Both the position numbers and the translations under genes were made by a program. Shown here piece by piece: positions 60,187 to 64,000 of a stretch of DNA of 64,000 nt. The stretch spans positions 1,728,001-1,792,000 of the forward strand of contig CBDFIQ010000002.1 in assembly GCA_965248195.1 (NCBI GenBank). Direction: 5' to 3'. Each line of letters opens with the position of its first letter. The first letter of the stretch is position 1. The stretch is from Longimicrobiales bacterium. Lineage in GTDB: Bacteria > Gemmatimonadota > Gemmatimonadetes > Longimicrobiales > Gaopeijiaceae. Below the pieces are notes generated by a model. The model saw nothing but the letters and a program-made list of their open reading frames with translations, searched no databases and had not been told where the DNA came from.

Positions 60187-60564
60187 ATGAACACGGACGA
60201 GCCCATTGCGAAAAAGGTGTACTATTCGATCGGTGAGGTCTGCGATCTGACCGATTTGAAGCCCCACGTGCTACGGTACTGGGAGACCCAGTTCGAGCTG
60301 CTTCACCCTACGAAGAACCGGGCCGGAAATAGGGTCTTCCGCCCAAAAGAGATCGAGCTGATCCTTCTCGTGAAGCACCTTCTGTACGAGAAGAAGTTCA
60401 CGATCGACGGCGCGCGCCAACGCCTCCTGGATATGCGGAAGGGTGGCGAAATCGCCGAGGGCGGAAAAGAGGCTGTGAACCGGGATTTCGTCACGAGTAT
60501 GAAGGAGGAGCTGCTACAGGTGAAGGAGGTACTGGCGGCGCCGCCCAGTCGGCTCGATACCTGA
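60187..60564 (+). CDS. MerR-family transcriptional regulator
   Basis: YYSIGEV..LKPHVLRYWETQF HTH. Confidence 0.9.
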   Translation: MNTDEPIAKKVYYSIGEVCDLTDLKPHVLRYWETQFELLHPTKNRAGNRVFRPKEIELILLVKHLLYEKKFTIDGARQRLLDMRKGGEIAEGGKEAVNRDFVTSMKEELLQVKEVLAAPPSRLDT

Positions 60565-61313
60565 TGCGCATCCTCTGCACCAACGACGACGGCTACTTGG
60601 CGCTAGGGATCGAGGTTCTCGTGTCCGCAGCCCGAGCACTCGGTGCGGTTACCGTGGTGGCTCCTGACCGGGAGCAGAGCGCAACCAGCAATTCGCTAAC
60701 GCTCCATCACCCGCTGCGCGTGCGCCGCTCCGCGGACGGGATCCTGGTCGTGGACGGGACGCCGACGGACTGTGTCATCCTTGCGGTCAACGAACTCATG
60801 GATGAGCGACCGGATCTCTGCTTCTCCGGGATCAACCACGGGTCCAATATGGGCGAGGACGTGCTCTACTCGGGCACGGTGGCGGGGGCGATGGAGGCGA
60901 CCGTGATCGGCATCCCCGCGATCGCCGTCTCATATGCGGGCGATGCGTTCGAGGACCTCTCGGACTGGGAGGACGTCGTCGCCTCCGTGCTCCGCGGAAT
61001 CATCGGAGCAGACGACTTTCCGGCCGACACCCTCTTCAACGTCAACCTCCCCCCGATCGATCCGACGCAGGTCAAGGGCGTACGGATCACCTCGCTCGGG
61101 AAACGGCGATACAGCGACAGCTTGACGAAGGCCGTCGACCCCTCCGGGCGGGAGTACTACTGGATCGGCGGGGGAGAAGTCAGTTGGACGGGGGCGGAAG
61201 ATTCCGACTTCACCGCCATTCGAGAGGGGTACGTCTCGGTCACCCCGCTCCACCTCGATCTCACCAACTACAAGCTCCTCGAGGAGATCCGTGGATGGCG
61301 GTTGAGCCTCTAG
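60564..61313 (+). CDS. surE: 5'/3'-nucleotidase SurE
   Basis: TNDDG, GTPTDCV, SGINHG and YSGTV motifs. Confidence 0.96.
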   Translation: MRILCTNDDGYLALGIEVLVSAARALGAVTVVAPDREQSATSNSLTLHHPLRVRRSADGILVVDGTPTDCVILAVNELMDERPDLCFSGINHGSNMGEDVLYSGTVAGAMEATVIGIPAIAVSYAGDAFEDLSDWEDVVASVLRGIIGADDFPADTLFNVNLPPIDPTQVKGVRITSLGKRRYSDSLTKAVDPSGREYYWIGGGEVSWTGAEDSDFTAIREGYVSVTPLHLDLTNYKLLEEIRGWRLSL

Positions 61314-61990
61314 ACGAACGCAGTTTCGCCGGATATCGGCGAAAGCTCATAGAGCAGATCCGAGGACGTGGGATCGACGATCTGGCCATTCTCCAGCTCT
61401 TCGATCAGGTTCCCCGGCATCTTTTCCTGCCCGAGGGCGTGTGGCCCCGTGCTTACGAGGATGGACCCATCCCGATCGGATACGGCCAGACGGCGTCGCA
61501 ACCTTCGCTTCAGGCCCTCTACCTCTCGGTGCTCAAGACGGCGCCCGAAGACACGGTGCTGGAAATCGGGACGGGAAGCGGTTTCCTCACGGGCTTACTG
61601 GCGCTCACGGCGGACCGCGTCTATTCGGTCGAGCGGATCCGAGAGCTCTCTGCGCGGGCGCGAGCCGCGCTGGACCAGCTGGGAGTCAACAACGTCGCGC
61701 TCATGGTGGGTGACGGTACCATCGGCTGGCGGAAGTATGCCCCGTTCGACGTCATCGTGGTCTCAGCCGCGGCTCCGTCCATCCCGCCGGCGTTCATCGA
61801 GCAGCTGGCGGAGGGCGGGCGAATGCTCATTCCGGTCGGAATGCGAGAGCGTCAGGAATTGGTGCTGGTCCGGCGGCGGGATGGGGAGATCCATGAGGAG
61901 ACCATTCACGGAGAATGCACCTTCGTTCCCCTTCTCGGGCGCTTCGCATGGGCCTCAGAGACGTCGGAGACGTCGGAGGAGCCCATTTGA
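61295..61990 (+). CDS. pcm: Protein-L-isoaspartate O-methyltransferase
   Basis: VPRHLF, GQTASQP, LEIGTGSGF and FVPLLG motifs. Follows surE. Confidence 0.93.
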   Translation: MAVEPLDERSFAGYRRKLIEQIRGRGIDDLAILQLFDQVPRHLFLPEGVWPRAYEDGPIPIGYGQTASQPSLQALYLSVLKTAPEDTVLEIGTGSGFLTGLLALTADRVYSVERIRELSARARAALDQLGVNNVALMVGDGTIGWRKYAPFDVIVVSAAAPSIPPAFIEQLAEGGRMLIPVGMRERQELVLVRRRDGEIHEETIHGECTFVPLLGRFAWASETSETSEEPI

Positions 61991-62631
61991 GCGAGCCTGC
62001 CACGGAAGGTCTCGCCCCCCCCGCTCAACCGAGACCCTCGGGGTGGGTGCGCCGCCTGTACGATTGGGTCTTGCGTTGGGCTGATACGCCTTATGGCGTC
62101 CAAGCGTTGGCCGTCCTCGCCCTCGTGGAGTCATCGGTCTTCCCCATCCCGCCCGATCCGCTCCTCATCGCGCTCTGCCTCGGCGCCACCGGGCGAGCCC
62201 CTCGTTTTGCGGCGGTCGCGACCGGGGCGTCGGTATTGGGTGGGATTCTCGGCTACGGCATCGGCGCCTTGGTGTGGCTCTCGGTGTCCGGCTTTTTCTT
62301 CGAGCAGGTCCCGGGGGTGACCCCCGAAGCGTTCGCCACCGTGCAGGGCCTCTACGATCGGTGGGGCTTTTGGGCCGTTTTCGTGGCCGGACTGACGCCG
62401 ATTCCCTATAAGGTGTTCACCATCGCCGCCGGTGTCTTCGCCATCAACTTTCCCGTCTTCGTGCTCGCCAGCACCCTGAGCCGCGGACTCCGCTTCTTTC
62501 TCGTGGCCGGCCTGATTCATCGCTACGGGGAGCCAATACGTACGTTTATCGACCGCTACTTCAACCTCCTCACTTGGGTCTTCGGATTCTTACTCGTTTT
62601 GGGATTTTTTCTGATCGAGGTCGTCCTGTAA
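61987..62631 (+). CDS. yqaA: YqaA/DedA-family membrane protein
   Basis: ESSVFPIPPD and AGLTPIPYKVFTIAAG motifs. Confidence 0.85.
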   Translation: MSEPATEGLAPPAQPRPSGWVRRLYDWVLRWADTPYGVQALAVLALVESSVFPIPPDPLLIALCLGATGRAPRFAAVATGASVLGGILGYGIGALVWLSVSGFFFEQVPGVTPEAFATVQGLYDRWGFWAVFVAGLTPIPYKVFTIAAGVFAINFPVFVLASTLSRGLRFFLVAGLIHRYGEPIRTFIDRYFNLLTWVFGFLLVLGFFLIEVVL

Positions 62632-62761
62632 GCTGAAATACATTTGTTTACAGCATCTCGGGGGCGTCCATATATTTCAATTGTCGGTTTCAACCGTGAA
62701 CCGGCGGCAAGCCGATAGACGCATATCAGATGCCCTTCAACGAAAGTTGGTGCTTAGGGTC

Positions 62762-63163
62762 ATGACAAACCGCACAAATGCCCTCAGCGGGGACGAAACA
62801 ACCCCAAATGACGACGCGATTCCGGCGGATGCGTTCATCTTTCCGGAGGATGCGTTCATCTTCCCGGACGATCCCCTGGTCTTGGACAAGTTCCGGGCGG
62901 CACTCATCCACCCGGACGACCCCCTCACGCCTCGGGAGGAGGAGGCCGGCGTCGTAGTCGGCATGGACGGCTCCACCAAGCGTGAGGCGGCGGGCCCGGC
63001 CACGGTACTGCTCGACCCCCACCAAGTCGCGGACCTCCTCGAGGCTGTATCCGTGGATCTCAGAAAAAACGGATTCAACAGCCTTCGACGCAACGGAGGG
63101 GCGCCCAGCGTCGAAACCAACCTGAAGACTTACCTGGCTGATAATTTTTCGAACCAGCACTGA
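62762..63163 (+). CDS. Hypothetical protein with duplicated DAFIFP
   Basis: Open frame coupled to the next gene (TGATG). Possible TTTACA-18-TATATT promoter at 62647-62676. Confidence 0.5.
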   Translation: MTNRTNALSGDETTPNDDAIPADAFIFPEDAFIFPDDPLVLDKFRAALIHPDDPLTPREEEAGVVVGMDGSTKREAAGPATVLLDPHQVADLLEAVSVDLRKNGFNSLRRNGGAPSVETNLKTYLADNFSNQH

Positions 63164-63951
63164 TGAAAGCTAGCCTCCCGCTGGTAGCACTCGCCCTTGC
63201 GGGCCACCTCATGATCTCCGGCGAGGGGCATGCACAGCAGGTGCCCGATTGGCTTCTGAAGCTGAGGCTCCCCAACTCCAGTGCCAAGGCGATCATGACG
63301 CCCACGGCATGGGGGGCGGCCTTCGGATCGGCTTACCTCGGAACCGGAGCGGCCGAGCGCACGCCGTACCTCCCCAGCGCAGACGGAATCGTGGGGCTGG
63401 GGTACGGGATGGGTGATCCCGTTCTCCGCGTCGGACTCCAGATCGGCACCACCATCTCCGACCTGAGCGAGTTCGACAATGTCTCGTTTTCCTTCAAGCT
63501 CCATCGGTATCTGTCCAGGGGAACGACGATCGCCCTCGGAGGTGAGAGCCTTCTCTCGAATAACCCACTCACCGACGACGCAGGCGACACGTACTACCTC
63601 GTCGTGAGCCACGTCGTGCAGACGTTCGGTTCGAGCCGCCCCGGAATCGGCCGCGTTCATGTGAGCGCCGGTGTGGGCACGGGGCGCTTCGCAAGGAAAA
63701 GTGACCGGGACTTCTCCGAGGGGAAAGGAAGAAACGGGACCATGGCCTTTGGGAACGTCGCCGTTGAGGTGGCAAGAGGTATGAACGTCATCCTCGAGTG
63801 GAGCGGCACGAATCTAATCACGGGGCTGAGTAAGACGGTTCAGACACGAAGCGTGCCGATTCTGCTCTCGGTCGGCCTTGCCGACTTGACCCCATACAGT
63901 GGGGACGGAGTCCGGCTGGTCGCCGCCGCCGCCGTGTCCTTGTCTCTTTAG
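63163..63951 (+). CDS. Hypothetical secreted/outer-membrane protein
   Basis: Signal peptide, beta-strand-rich body. Confidence 0.65.
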   Translation: MKASLPLVALALAGHLMISGEGHAQQVPDWLLKLRLPNSSAKAIMTPTAWGAAFGSAYLGTGAAERTPYLPSADGIVGLGYGMGDPVLRVGLQIGTTISDLSEFDNVSFSFKLHRYLSRGTTIALGGESLLSNNPLTDDAGDTYYLVVSHVVQTFGSSRPGIGRVHVSAGVGTGRFARKSDRDFSEGKGRNGTMAFGNVAVEVARGMNVILEWSGTNLITGLSKTVQTRSVPILLSVGLADLTPYSGDGVRLVAAAAVSLSL

Positions 63952-63962
63952 GCCAACCAACG

Positions 63963-64000
63963 ATGGGTAAGAAAATCACACTCTTCGTGGTCACCGCCGG
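63963..64000 (+). CDS. Start of next gene (partial)
   Basis: ATG GGT AAG AAA ATC... resembles the start of a signal peptide. Confidence 0.35.
   Translation, partial: MGKKITLFVVTA

Overview
High-GC bacterial chromosome segment. Gene content and order suggest Gemmatimonadota (inference). Positions 1-29.9 kb form a tightly coupled + strand housekeeping and envelope superoperon: rnr, a GGDEF protein, a Zn-ribbon protein, frameshifted prfB, lysS, lolC/E-lolD, mcsA-mcsB-clpC, bamA-skp-lpxD-lpxC/fabZ-lpxA, an unannotated 44-aa ORF, lpxB-DUF374-lpxK, rlmH, bshC, murJ, uvrC and a TPR protein, ending in tRNA-Gly(CCC). Positions 30.0-54.1 kb are an accessory hot spot with two parts. The first is a ~16 kb decayed tRNA-Gly island: the tRNA 3' half and its hairpin are duplicated at ~46.1 kb, matching arm-like repeats lie inside both ends, and the tyrosine integrase is truncated. 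It carries mostly unrelated secreted or lipoprotein genes joined by three different recurring linker sequences, plus three apparently identical IS256 copies, an IS3-like element with apparently subterminal inverted repeats and an IS110 remnant. The second part (46.2-54.1 kb) holds an ankyrin gene, a different IS256 and a ~1450-aa multidomain LRR lipoprotein broken by a 4-bp GATC duplication. That gene is bracketed by diverged duplicates of the M23 gene 3' end and of its own 5' end. Positions 54.1-64 kb return to core genes: M23 peptidase, DUF512 protein, der, plsY, gpsA, a MerR regulator, surE, pcm, yqaA and hypotheticals. No CRISPR array, rRNA or reverse transcriptase was seen. All alignments and counts are manual and no database searches were run.
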